Source: an uncultured delta proteobacterium (lineage in GTDB: Bacteria > Desulfobacterota > Desulfomonilia > UBA1062). From it: a stretch of DNA of 64,000 bases. The notes under the pieces were generated by a model. It was given only the letters and a program-made list of their open reading frames with translations. It was not told where the DNA came from and did no database searches. This document shows positions 19,808 to 30,005 of the stretch, piece after piece (position 1 is the stretch's first letter; the number at the start of each line of letters is the position of its first letter). The position numbers and the translations under genes were made by a program. The stretch covers positions 12,341-76,340 of the forward strand of contig CAVVYZ010000024.1 of the NCBI GenBank assembly GCA_963752595.1, read 5' to 3'.

Positions 19808-20446
19808 TTATGGCAATAGCCCCATGTTTCTCATTTTTATCTGCTTGGTCATTTCACGCCTTAGAAACTGATTCGTGTCAGGATCTTTTTTATTGCTCTG
19901 TATCCGCATGAAAACCTGGATATCCCGGACATCAATTCCCTGGGCATCGCTCAGTAACGTGTTTCCACTCAGCGCAGGGACCATGACTGAATTACTTGCA
20001 TCATAATAGGTGAATCCGAACGAGGAGACATTGTACGCAAGATCCTCACCATTCCTCCGGAGGGTTGTTCCGTTCAGAATATAGCTCACTCTCTCTCCTG
20101 CCGTACTGCCATCGCCGTTTGCGTCCATGTTTATCACCAGTGAAGTCGGTCCTGATTGAGCGGCCAGTATCCCACAGGAATTAGCTATGGAAGGATTGTT
20201 GATATCGGGAGCAACGGTAGGATTACATCCTGCCTGCCTGATATCCCTTGCCATGATATCCAGAACAGCTCTCAGATCCTGCTGTACCGATGCAACCTCG
20301 TTCTGAACGTCGCTCGTTTTCTTCTGTATATTATAGGTCGCATATACGGCTGCCATGAGGAGCAGCGACAAGGCCATGACAATCATGAGCTCGACAAGGG
20401 TAATGCCTTTTTTATTACGAATGGTTTGCAGCATTTCAATTTTCAT
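19808..20446 (-). CDS. pilW: PilW-like minor pilin
   Basis: KKG|ITLVELMIVMA, QQDLRAVLDIMARDIRQAG, C-terminal IKMRN; start moved to MKIEM with an AGGA RBS. Confidence 0.82.
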   Translation of the reverse strand: MKIEMLQTIRNKKGITLVELMIVMALSLLLMAAVYATYNIQKKTSDVQNEVASVQQDLRAVLDIMARDIRQAGCNPTVAPDINNPSIANSCGILAAQSGPTSLVINMDANGDGSTAGERVSYILNGTTLRRNGEDLAYNVSSFGFTYYDASNSVMVPALSGNTLLSDAQGIDVRDIQVFMRIQSNKKDPDTNQFLRREMTKQIKMRNMGLLP

Positions 20447-20572
20447 GTATTCGTTTCCTATGCCCACCCTGATTTGGTATGGTAGCCACGTACGCCGACC
20501 CATGCATAAATCCATTTCCACACAATGATTCCAGCATTGAGCGTTTCATACCTTTCGTCCTTCTCAGTCTCC

Positions 20573-23500
20573 TTAATTCTGTCTCCAATAAAACAGATCA
20601 GAAGAACTACCTCCCTTGACGTCGAGGACCTTTGTTTTGATATCTCCATCTCCGTCATCGCCATCGGAAGAACCGTCATTTTCAGACACACCGGTAGCTA
20701 TAATGAGTTTTGCACCGCCATCCTTTGTAACCATCAGTGTCGGCGCAGAGGGGATGCCCAGTCCGAGAGACGTACTCCTGTCTGTCTGGTCGAGCACTTC
20801 ATTTGTAACGCCATTATTTGTAGTATCATTGCCGGTATTAAAATTCATCGCTGCTTTCCCGGTAAGATAATCCAGGGCATAGAGCTTACCCTTCCCAAGC
20901 ATGTTTGCGGCACAGAGATCGTCACCGGAATTGCTGATCACAGGCGTATACGTCGTGAAAAAGACCTTTTTATCAAATAGCAGAGGAGATGACATGACTT
21001 TTTCACCCGTGCTGAGCCGGATGAACCATCCCTTGTTTGTCACGTGGTTGGCCAGGTTGGCCAGCACTTGATCGGTGTAGTTGTAACTCGTCACATCCTG
21101 GAGGTGGGATTCATCCAGAGTCGTGGAGGTCCAGTTATTCTTGATCGCATAGAACCTGTTAACGGTTGTCTGCTCTCTTGGATGCTCGCGGTCGCCGGTG
21201 CCGATGAATACATAGTCTCCAAACCTCTCCAGGGCGACATCCGGTTCATAGAAGAACTTCAAAGGGCTTGTCGTAGGTGCCTGGAAGACTTTCCTCATGG
21301 TCCAGGATCCTGTCTCACCACGATCGGAGAAGGCAAAAAGCTCACCTCCCATTGAACCTGCATAGATCGTATCATCTACCCCGTTTGAATTATAATCGAA
21401 AGCTACGAGCTCTACGATGCAATGAGTAAGTGAGGTATTTCCTCCAGCATGCGAAAACTTCAATGCAGTTATGACATCACCCGTTGCTGCATCGACAGCA
21501 TACACAGCCCTACCTTTGGTATTGCCCGTCGGTGTATCTTTATCCTCATTCACCTCATCATAACCGCCCGGCAGGATCAGGGCTTTCTTCCTCTCGCCTG
21601 CACCGGTTGCTATGGTACTCACCCAGGGCCTGCCCCAGGATTGTCCAAGAGTCTCTCCCCCCAGTTTGCTCGGTGGAATCCCCCAGACGAATGAGGGTGT
21701 TTCATAACCACCCGTATATTCTCCATTTGTCAAACTTCCGATGTTCAAAGTGTAATACCAGTCGCCGCCACGTCTGAGACCGAAGGTGAGATACCTCGAG
21801 TTTCCTACATCATGGATCACCGGCGAACCGTCTACATAAGCATCGTGCGTAGTAGACTCTTTGAGGTTATGAAGCTTGGGCAGCAAGGCCCGAGGGGCAA
21901 AGCACCAGGCCTCGCTCAACTTGTCATCGTCAAAAAGGGTTGTATTCAATGTATCATCTCTCGTGTCATTGTCATCATCGACAAAGGCATGGAGGAACCC
22001 GTCATTCGCCCCTACGAATATTACGGTGTCCTTTCCTTTGAACATGGTTGCAGGCTTGGAGTGCAGGATATCCCCCAGCACCCATGTCCGCTTCGTTTTT
22101 TCTTCAGTGTTGTTTAAGAAAGCATATTTTCCTCTGGCTGTGAGGAAGTTAACGAGTTCCGCCTTGTCTCCGGTCCCTCCCATCTCGCTTCTTATGCTCG
22201 TGTCGGTATAAAAATCAATCAGCGCTCCGGCGCTGCTCGGATTGGTATAAAACTTTCGTTCATTCGCCGGCAGGTTCAAGATCACGGCACCTGCGCCGCC
22301 AAGATCCGCTTCACTCGCGTCCGAGCTGCTCTTCTGCCAGCAGGAAGTCGCGGTATCCAGGATCGTGTCGTTGCTGTCAACAGCCTGAGAACCGTCCTTC
22401 TGGAGAAGTACTGCATTGGAAGTGATCCCGAATTTCTTGATGTTCCCGAGCCAGAATGCAGAGCGGTCTACCGGTTTGAACAATGATAAGTAAACGCTGT
22501 TTCCGGAATAGACCTTGTTGAGCTTATTCACCGGCACAACCGGTGCAACGAAACTGGAGTTTGCTTCCATGATCTTGCCGACGACATAGAGTAAAGCCTT
22601 TTGCAGCTCGTCGCTGTTGTTGGCCGGCAGGAACTCTCCTACTCCCTTTTTGGCGGTTTCCAATAAGAGGTCGTCAATTTGGCTGAGGGTCTCGTTTCCG
22701 GAACCGGTCATAAATCCTATGGTATAGGTTTGAACATTCTGTTTTTCGAAATCACTGTCGGTTTCATAACTCCCCCCGCCCAAGTCGGTCCCGGAATTTA
22801 TCAGGTCTTCGTCAAAAAGAAACTTGGCAACATCATCAAGCATATGGGTTGTTCCGGCATCGGGAGCCAGATCCTTGACAACACCGCTTACCAAGTCCTG
22901 TTTGTCATCGTCATAATCACCTATTGCCTTATTATTGATATAATTATTATCGAGGAACAGGTCGTACCCGGCTCCGTTATTCCCACCCGAAGGGCTTCCC
23001 ATATCGTTGGTCGACATGCCGTCGGTAATGAGAACAACATAATTCTTCTGGCATCGATACTGTATCGGGGATTTGTAAATCGATGTTGAACCACTGATAA
23101 ATGCATCGGTTGAGTATATTGTTTGGTAGTTAGACCAGCGAGGCCTTCCGGCATAATAAAGTCCTGCCTCGGCCAGCGACTCTGCCAGAGGTGTTGTACC
23201 CACAGATTTCAGATCGGCCGAGCTGCTGGTATCGTCAAGCTTTGCATTGAACTGGGCAGCGGTTGAACCCACGGGGAGGACAATATTTCCGCCGTCATCC
23301 TTGACTGCTTCGTATCTCATGAGGCCGAACCTCCCAACATTAGAACCGGTTGCATTCACCAGATTCCTGATCGCACGCCTGGCAACAGTCTGTCTGATTT
23401 CAGAGGTATCATCAGCGATATCTGTAGCGGATAAATAATTCAGGTAATTACCATCGTAAAAAACTTTCGATTCGGATGCATCGCAATCAAATTTTCCCTG

Positions 23501-23896
23501 TGCATTAGACAAAGTAGCCAGTTTACCCACGTAAACCCCGGCATCCCTGAGGCTATCGTGGGCTTCCGTGCATATTATATTATCAAGCGAGTCGGTTACC
23601 TTCTCCAGAAGCATTTTTTCCGTCTCTTTAAAAGAATTCTTGCTGTAGTAGACAGAACCTTGTACGGGCGTCACGGATCCTATCTTCTTTGGAGTATATG
23701 TGGCGGCTAGGTTGTATTGTCTGGAGTGTACCAAAAGGTTCGCGTCTACCATTGAAGCCGAGGTATCGAGTATGATCAGAATGTTCGGCTGAACACCGGA
23801 AACGCCTCCCATAAAAACATCGGTATCCAGCGCATACAATCGGATATTGATGAAGAGAAGGGAGATGATGAATATTATGATTGGAATTTTTCTCAT
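20573..23896 (-). CDS. pilY1: PilY1/PilC-type type IV pilus tip adhesin
   Basis: Signal peptide, vWA features (PNILIILDTSASM, TPLAESL, CQKNYVVLITDG), C-terminal propeller (LGDILHSKP, FVGANDGFLHAF, GQSWGRP, DYNSNGVDDTIYAG, IGTGDR). Confidence 0.9.
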   Translation of the reverse strand: MRKIPIIIFIISLLFINIRLYALDTDVFMGGVSGVQPNILIILDTSASMVDANLLVHSRQYNLAATYTPKKIGSVTPVQGSVYYSKNSFKETEKMLLEKVTDSLDNIICTEAHDSLRDAGVYVGKLATLSNAQGKFDCDASESKVFYDGNYLNYLSATDIADDTSEIRQTVARRAIRNLVNATGSNVGRFGLMRYEAVKDDGGNIVLPVGSTAAQFNAKLDDTSSSADLKSVGTTPLAESLAEAGLYYAGRPRWSNYQTIYSTDAFISGSTSIYKSPIQYRCQKNYVVLITDGMSTNDMGSPSGGNNGAGYDLFLDNNYINNKAIGDYDDDKQDLVSGVVKDLAPDAGTTHMLDDVAKFLFDEDLINSGTDLGGGSYETDSDFEKQNVQTYTIGFMTGSGNETLSQIDDLLLETAKKGVGEFLPANNSDELQKALLYVVGKIMEANSSFVAPVVPVNKLNKVYSGNSVYLSLFKPVDRSAFWLGNIKKFGITSNAVLLQKDGSQAVDSNDTILDTATSCWQKSSSDASEADLGGAGAVILNLPANERKFYTNPSSAGALIDFYTDTSIRSEMGGTGDKAELVNFLTARGKYAFLNNTEEKTKRTWVLGDILHSKPATMFKGKDTVIFVGANDGFLHAFVDDDNDTRDDTLNTTLFDDDKLSEAWCFAPRALLPKLHNLKESTTHDAYVDGSPVIHDVGNSRYLTFGLRRGGDWYYTLNIGSLTNGEYTGGYETPSFVWGIPPSKLGGETLGQSWGRPWVSTIATGAGERKKALILPGGYDEVNEDKDTPTGNTKGRAVYAVDAATGDVITALKFSHAGGNTSLTHCIVELVAFDYNSNGVDDTIYAGSMGGELFAFSDRGETGSWTMRKVFQAPTTSPLKFFYEPDVALERFGDYVFIGTGDREHPREQTTVNRFYAIKNNWTSTTLDESHLQDVTSYNYTDQVLANLANHVTNKGWFIRLSTGEKVMSSPLLFDKKVFFTTYTPVISNSGDDLCAANMLGKGKLYALDYLTGKAAMNFNTGNDTTNNGVTNEVLDQTDRSTSLGLGIPSAPTLMVTKDGGAKLIIATGVSENDGSSDGDDGDGDIKTKVLDVKGGSSSDLFYWRQN

Positions 23897-24007
23897 AATG
23901 TCTCTCCTTATAATTGCCCGTTCAGGTATGCTTATTTTTTTGCAAACCTGTATACTATTCTTCTTTTACTTATCGTCAGAGGGTTCCTATGGATTAAATA
24001 ATTCTTT

Positions 24008-25332
24008 CACTACTGTCCCAACGTTTAGCAGATAAAAGACAGTAGATCAAGGTATGGTGGGGTTTAGCGGGTAGAGATGGTTGTAATCGATTTGAAAATA
24101 TTTTCTGGAGAAGGCCATACTTCTGCATCCTGGCAGAAGGAGATGGCTGATGAACTCTGGTCGTACCATATTCTCCCAATTGATGGACTTTGTGCCTATC
24201 CACGATTTCCGGCAATGCGTAAAACGCTACAATGGAAACTACAAGATAAAGAGCTTCACCTGCTGGGACCAGTATCTCTGCATGGCCTTTGCCCAGCTGA
24301 CCTACCGGGAGAGTCTGAGAGACATCCACGCATGTCTGCGGGCAGCACAGACAAAACTCTATCACCTGGGCATCCGGGGCAAAGTATCAAGGAACACCTT
24401 GGCCAACGCCAATCAGGTAAGGGACTGGAGGATCTATGCCGACTTCGCCCAGGTCCTGATATCCAGGGCAAGAAAGCTTTACACTGGCGAGTCCTTCGGC
24501 GTGGAATTGGATCAGACGGTGTATGCACTGGACGCCACCATCATCGATCTCTGCCTGTCGCTCTTTCCCTGGGCAGAGTTCAGGAAGCACAAAGGGGCGA
24601 TAAAACTCCACACACTCCTGGATCTGAGGGGAAGCATACCGACAGTGGTAATTGTCACCCACGGCAAGGTTCACGAAGTGAACATCCTCGATCAGCTCCT
24701 TCTCGAAGCAGGTGCCATCTACATCATGGATCGGGGCTATATCGACTTTACCAGACTTCATGCGATACATCAGGCCGGGGCCTTTTTCGTCATCAGAGCC
24801 AAGGACAACTTCCGGTTCAAACGCCTCTATTCTCTGCCCGTGGACAAGGCTACCGTAATACAGTGCGACCAGGTTATCACGACCAGGAACTTCTATGCCC
24901 GGAAAGACTACCCGGAAAAGCTTCGCCGGATACGCTTCTTCGACAAAGACAACAACAGACGCATTGTGTTCCTGACCAACAATTTCACCCTGCCTGCACT
25001 GACCATTGCCGAGTTGTATCGTTGCCGTTGGCAGATAAAACTGTTCTTCAAGTGGATCAAGCAGCACTTAAGGATCAAGGCTTTCTATGGCACCACCGAG
25101 AATGCCGTGAAAACTCAGATCTGGATCGCCATCTCGGTTTATGTGCTGGTGGCAATCGTCAAGAAGTCTCTGAAAATCGTAAGCAGCCTCTATACGATCC
25201 TACAAATTTTGAGCGTCATGCTCTTCGAGAAGACGCCCATTATACAGGCATTTACAGAGTCAATCGGACATGTTTCAGAGTCGGTTCTCAGCAACCACCT
25301 GACTTTATTCGATTAACGTTGGGACAGTAGTG
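24008..25332 (+). mobile_element. IS4-family insertion sequence (1325 bp)
   Basis: Perfect 18-bp TIRs CACTACTGTCCCAACGTT (24008-24025 / 25315-25332) and 9-bp target duplication TAATTCTTT (23999-24007 / 25333-25341). Confidence 0.95.
24150..25316 (+). CDS. IS4-family transposase (DUF4372 + DDE), catalytic Glu apparently replaced by Lys
   Basis: MNSGRTIFSQL, FAQLTYRESLRDI, LDATII, MDRGY, YRCRWQIKLFFKWIK. Confidence 0.93.
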   Translation: MNSGRTIFSQLMDFVPIHDFRQCVKRYNGNYKIKSFTCWDQYLCMAFAQLTYRESLRDIHACLRAAQTKLYHLGIRGKVSRNTLANANQVRDWRIYADFAQVLISRARKLYTGESFGVELDQTVYALDATIIDLCLSLFPWAEFRKHKGAIKLHTLLDLRGSIPTVVIVTHGKVHEVNILDQLLLEAGAIYIMDRGYIDFTRLHAIHQAGAFFVIRAKDNFRFKRLYSLPVDKATVIQCDQVITTRNFYARKDYPEKLRRIRFFDKDNNRRIVFLTNNFTLPALTIAELYRCRWQIKLFFKWIKQHLRIKAFYGTTENAVKTQIWIAISVYVLVAIVKKSLKIVSSLYTILQILSVMLFEKTPIIQAFTESIGHVSESVLSNHLTLFD

Positions 25333-25537
25333 TAATTCTTTATAAATTTACGGATAAGAGTCACCAAGGACAGCCTGCAAGAGTGGTTTAAAGCTGTTAT
25401 AGAGGACTTCTATAGCCTGGTTATTATGCAACTTAGGGGGTGCTCCGGTAAAGAAACCAGTCACTTAGCTGAACAGATAGGTATCCTATTATATATATGT
25501 ACTAATGCGATAAAGATTAGATAAGATATTGCTTCAT

Positions 25538-25915
25538 TTACTTGAATCTCTTCCATATCATATCCTGCTGGGATTTGAATTTGAGTATTCCCCCGTCTTC
25601 CGGGGAATAAAAAACGTTCATAAGATTGGTCTCTTTATTACGGTCCGAGTAATAGACAGAATATAGAGTTGTGTTAGAGGCCTGGCCTTGTTGAGATTCG
25701 ATCTTGGTGATGGTATTTTCGATTACCCCGAGGTCTGAGCTTATGATGATTTTTTTGGGGGTAAATTCGATGGAAACTCCTGCGCTGGCCTCATCTCCGG
25801 TCTTCCAGATCCCGATGATCTCACTCGGTGCAGTGGGTTTGGCCGAGCAGGCAAAGCAAAGCACGGTAAATACGATGACTGCGGCTAAGAGGTAATATTT
25901 CCTCACGGATATCAT
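25538..25915 (-). CDS. Hypothetical lipoprotein (lipocalin-like IIGIWK motif)
   Basis: Lipobox CFA|C after a hydrophobic signal; GAGGAGG RBS before MISVRK. Confidence 0.65.
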   Translation of the reverse strand: MISVRKYYLLAAVIVFTVLCFACSAKPTAPSEIIGIWKTGDEASAGVSIEFTPKKIIISSDLGVIENTITKIESQQGQASNTTLYSVYYSDRNKETNLMNVFYSPEDGGILKFKSQQDMIWKRFK

Positions 25916-26137
25916 GCCTGTTCCCTCCTCGAATTCCATTTCACTATTCTTCCGTGGATTGCTCCCCTTTGTCAAGGATCGTCCTCGGCATGGTTATCAA
26001 TGGGTATCATTGAGCAGATTCAGCTATTATTATGCGAGGGGAGAATCGACAAACGCTTCCATCATGCAGATCACCATATGACTCACCTGCCTGTTTATAT
26101 ACTCATGTTTCCGGATGCGGGTCCTGGTCAGATCTGA

Positions 26138-26599
26138 TCAACTATTGTCCAGAACTCTCTTCAGGGCCGGCTTGATGGATCCATAGAGGACGATCATCAT
26201 AAACGGTGCTGCCAGGGCCCAGACAAAGGCTGCCTGCAATGTGGTGTCACCGAGGAGTCTTAGATTCTGGGTGAAATCGGATCTGAAAAGGGTCGTGAAA
26301 GATAGCGCATCCCGGGTCAGAGGATGAGCTCCGAAAAGATACGCCCCGGTTATGAAAAAAGGGACGAAGAGTACTATCTGCAGGGGATAGGCTACCCAAT
26401 TCCCCACCTGGGTCACCACGATATTCAGACGGAACAGGAGGGCGACGGCGATACAGAGGACCGAAGTCACACCCAGGACAGGAAGCGTCCCCAGGGTAAT
26501 GCCCCATGCCATGCTCAGGGCGAGTTTTCCCGGGGTGATCCCCTGCCTGAGCAGGTCGCTCACCGGCCCGATGATCCTGGAAGAGATGTATTTTCGCAT
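26138..26599 (-). CDS. DUF2062-family membrane protein
   Basis: LRQGITPGKLALSMAWGITLGTLP...LFRLN...NWVAYPLQ. Confidence 0.8.
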   Translation of the reverse strand: MRKYISSRIIGPVSDLLRQGITPGKLALSMAWGITLGTLPVLGVTSVLCIAVALLFRLNIVVTQVGNWVAYPLQIVLFVPFFITGAYLFGAHPLTRDALSFTTLFRSDFTQNLRLLGDTTLQAAFVWALAAPFMMIVLYGSIKPALKRVLDNS

Positions 26600-26942
26600 A
26601 TGGTATTATTCTTTAACCTATTTAAACTCAACCGGCAACCGGCAAATCTCAAGGAAATACCGGCTACTGACGTTCCTATATGTTCAAGGATACCATCCTG
26701 CGACGAATTATCAACAATCCATCAATGCTTACCAAGAAGATCCCGGCTCAATGACTGTCCTTTGAAACAAGCTCGGAAGGAGGAGGAACAACCATATAGC
26801 CTTCCTCCTAATGCCCTAAAACGCCCAAGCCATCTCGTCTTTACGGATTGCGGAGAAAGGCATTTTCAGCTATAGGATAGTGAAAGAACATTGGCAGTCA
26901 CGTGTTCTCATAACCGCGTATTAAACTCATGGGGAGATGTAT

Positions 26943-27416
26943 ATGAAAGCCAGAGATCTGATGGTGCCGGTGAATGCGTTTCTGATGCCCGAAGACGGGA
27001 TAGAGGAGTTTTCCAAGAATATCCGCATAGTACGGTCCTGGGAAAAGACATGCGGGGTAAGGTCCCTGCCGGTCCTTGATGCTGCAGGAAAGCTTGTGGG
27101 CATACTATCCATGTATGACATTCTCAAGGCGGTATATCCGTCCTATCTCTATGAGACCGATTTGAGCCTGTTCACCTGGGATGGGATGCTGGAGTCACTG
27201 GCAACGAAGATCAAGGGTAAGAAGGTGGTCAATTTCATGAGCAAGGCCGTTATTACCGTGAAAGACGACCACCCGCTTATGGAGTGTGTCGATCATATGC
27301 TCAAGCATCGTATATCGACTCTCCCGGTTGTCGCCCATGACGGGAAGCTGCTGGGCATGATCTTTGAAAGCGAAGTGTTCTTCGCCGTTGCAGACGCCCT
27401 GTTTGGAGGTAAATAA
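26943..27416 (+). CDS. CBS-domain protein
   Basis: MKARDLM, LPVLDAAGKLVGILSMYDIL, LPVVAHDGKLLGMI; coupled to the downstream transporter. Confidence 0.88.
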   Translation: MKARDLMVPVNAFLMPEDGIEEFSKNIRIVRSWEKTCGVRSLPVLDAAGKLVGILSMYDILKAVYPSYLYETDLSLFTWDGMLESLATKIKGKKVVNFMSKAVITVKDDHPLMECVDHMLKHRISTLPVVAHDGKLLGMIFESEVFFAVADALFGGK

Positions 27417-28753
27417 TGAGCCCGCAAGCTGCTTTCTGGATTGCCACCGCCATCTTTCTCCTGGCCTATGCGCTGATCATCTCCGAAAAAATCCATAAGA
27501 CCATCGTCGCCCTGGTGGGCGCGGCATTGATGATGATCCTGGGCATCCTCACCCAGGAGGAGGCTTTCCACTCTCCCGAACTCGGCGTTGACTGGAACGT
27601 CATCTTCCTGCTCTTTTCAATGATGGTGATCATCAATATCATGCGGCCCACCGGGATATTCGAGTATATTGCAGTCAGGAGCGCCAAGTTTGCCAAGGGC
27701 AAGCCTTTCATGATCATGGCCGTATTCTCGGTGGTGACGGCCGTCATATCCGCATTCCTCGATAACGTCACTACGGTCCTCCTTATCGCGCCCGTCACCC
27801 TGCTCATCTGCGAGGCTCTAGAACTGGATGTGGTGCCCTACCTCATCACCGAAGCTCTGGCATCGAACATGGGCGGGACCGCAACCCTGATCGGAGACCC
27901 CCCCAATATCATGATCGCCTCCAAGGCAGGCCTTGACTTCATGGCCTTTGTTTACAATCTCGCTCCGGTAGTGATCATAATCCTGGCAGTTTATGTCATT
28001 ACCCTGAAGTTCATCTTCGGCAAAAAGCTGACCGTGAAAGAAAACCTGCGTCAGCGCATCATGGCCATGGACGAGAATGAGGCCATCAAGGACCCGGTGC
28101 TGATCAAAAAATCTCTGTTCGTGCTAGCGATTACCATGACAGGCTTTGTCCTTCACGGCATGCTCCACATGCAGCCTGCCACAATCGCCCTTTTCGGGGC
28201 TGCGACGCTGCTGCTCATTTCCGGCATCAAAGAACCGCATCACATCCTGTCCGAAGTTGAGTGGACAACCCTTTTCTTCTTCATCGGGCTCTTCATCATC
28301 ATCGGCGGCGTGGTCAAGGTAGGGCTCATCGGGCTCATGTCGGTCAAGGTACTCGAATTAACCCAAGGCAGCCTCTTTGCAACGAGCATGGTAGTCATAT
28401 GGTTCTCGGCCTTTGCCTCAGCCTTCATCGATAATATCCCCTACGTGGCAACCATGAACCCGCTCATCATCGACATGGCCAAGCAGCTCTGGCCTAACTT
28501 GCAGGGAACGGCCCTCCTCCACCACCCGGACCTCATGCCCCTGTGGTGGTCTCTCGCCTTGGGCGCCTGTCTGGGCGGCAATGGCACCGCCATCGGTGCG
28601 TCGGCCAATGTCATCATCGTCGGCATGGCCGAAAAGATGGGCAGGCCCATCTCGTTCAAGAAGTTCATGTACTACGGCATGCCGCTCATGATCGAATCCG
28701 TGATCATAGCTACGATCTATGTCTGGCTGAGGTACTACGTCCTGCATATCTGA
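27416..28753 (+). CDS. ArsB/NhaD-family ion transporter
   Basis: Polytopic membrane protein with SAFLDNVTTVLL, SNMGGTATLIGDPPNIMI, SAFIDNIP, GGNGTAIGASAN. Confidence 0.92.
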   Translation: MSPQAAFWIATAIFLLAYALIISEKIHKTIVALVGAALMMILGILTQEEAFHSPELGVDWNVIFLLFSMMVIINIMRPTGIFEYIAVRSAKFAKGKPFMIMAVFSVVTAVISAFLDNVTTVLLIAPVTLLICEALELDVVPYLITEALASNMGGTATLIGDPPNIMIASKAGLDFMAFVYNLAPVVIIILAVYVITLKFIFGKKLTVKENLRQRIMAMDENEAIKDPVLIKKSLFVLAITMTGFVLHGMLHMQPATIALFGAATLLLISGIKEPHHILSEVEWTTLFFFIGLFIIIGGVVKVGLIGLMSVKVLELTQGSLFATSMVVIWFSAFASAFIDNIPYVATMNPLIIDMAKQLWPNLQGTALLHHPDLMPLWWSLALGACLGGNGTAIGASANVIIVGMAEKMGRPISFKKFMYYGMPLMIESVIIATIYVWLRYYVLHI

Positions 28754-28796
28754 GGCAACGGCCTGTGCCGAGCACTGCTGATAGGTAAAAACAATA

Positions 28797-28830
28797 AGGC
28801 AATCCCAGAAAAGCATATCCGGGATTGCCT
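28797..28830 (+). terminator. Stem-loop after the transporter
   Basis: AGGCAATCCC-N14-GGGATTGCCT. Confidence 0.55.
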
Positions 28831-28882
28831 CGCCTTACCTCACCTCAAAGAAAGAGACAGCTTTGCTGCAGGTCCATGACTA

Positions 28883-29754
28883 GGGTGTGTTTGCAAAGCT
28901 CATAACCAGAGGAATATAGCACCGATGACCCGCATGGAGCGATAACTGTCTGCTCGTTTATCATATCTTGTTGCTATGGAGCGGAATTGTTTGAGCCTGT
29001 TGATGAGCCGTTCGATCCGGTTTCTCATCCGATAGGCTGCACGGTCGAATGGACCACCCCGTTTATTATTGCTCTTCCTCGGGATCGTTACATGGATGCC
29101 ATGTTTCGTAAGATACTCTCTGATCCACTGGGCGCTATATCCCTTGTCTCCGACGATGCGTTCGGGGCGATTTCTTGGTCTCCCTCCATGGAGCCGATTG
29201 ATCGACCCATGTTCCATAAGGTCAAGGAAAGCTGTGGTGTCATGAGCTTCGCCGGGAGTAAGGGCAACCGTTATCGGTTTGCCTTCTCCTTCCGCCCGGA
29301 GGTGGACCTTGGTCGAGAATCCACCTCGACTACGGCCAAGAGCCTCTTCTCTCTGCCCCCTTTTTTTGCACCCGCTGCATTCTGGTGTGCTCTTACAACC
29401 GTGGTATCAATGAAATGGACCTCCCAATCCACATGTCCTTCCGAATCCGAGTCGATCTGCAGCTCAGAGAGTATCCGGTCCCATACCCCGGCATCTCTCC
29501 ACCTGCGAAAACGACTGTGTATGGTCGACCATGACCCGTATCTCTCCGGGATGTCCCGCCAGGGAGCCCCGGTTTTCACCTTCCAGAGGATCCCATTGAT
29601 GATCTTACGATGGTCTTCCGCGGGCCGTCCTGTTTCTGGTTTCCGGGCCGGGAGATATCCTTTGAGCTTTTCCCATTGCTTCTCTGTGAGTTCATGCCTT
29701 CTGTTCATTCCTATTTCGATGCTGTGGCTTAGTATTAAGTTTGCACACAGGCCG
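28883..29754 (-). mobile_element. IS5-family (IS427 group) element (872 bp)
   Basis: Imperfect TIRs GGGTGTGTTTGCAAA / CGGCCTGTGTGCAAA; TA duplicated within the palindromic target TGACTAGTCA; two-ORF transposase. Confidence 0.88.
28900..29708 (-). CDS. IS5-family transposase, orfA/orfB joined by a -1 frameshift
   Basis: orfA MNRRHELTEKQW...GAPWRDIPERYGSW...FIDTTVVRAHQNAAGAKK; A7G5 run at 29356-29367; -1 frame GQREEALGRSRGGFSTKVHL...GDKGY...RNRIERL. Confidence 0.9.
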
Positions 29755-29861
29755 TAGTCACCGCCGGTCCGATCATTCTCAAGAGCCTTTTATCCGGAAC
29801 AATTTGCCCTTGCCCTTCACAGCATTATTCTATGCTTAAAATTCTCATCGAAGGGCGCCTG

Positions 29862-30005
29862 ATGGAGGACAATAAAGTTAGTGGCGGATCGGTGCTTATG
29901 GCACAGCTCATGTCGCCGGAAGATGCGAATATCGCAGGCAATGTCCATGGCAGCGTGATCATGAAGCTCATCGATGATGCAGCCGGAACGGTCGCTGCGA
30001 GGCAT
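29862..30005 (+). pseudogene. 5' fragment of a hotdog-fold acyl-CoA thioesterase
   Basis: MAQLMSPEDANIAGNVHGSVIMKLIDDAAGTVAARH, after which homology stops. Confidence 0.8.

Noticed and set aside
23993-24022. Hybrid promoter formed by the IS4 end towards pilY1 (TTGGGA-17-TTTAAT on the minus strand)
   Set aside because: Lacks the critical -11 A and has a weak -35; not supportable from sequence alone.
23994-25330. Long alternative-frame ORFs inside IS4 (417 aa +, 226 aa -)
   Set aside because: They overlap the transposase completely and have no recognisable domain; likely frame shadows.
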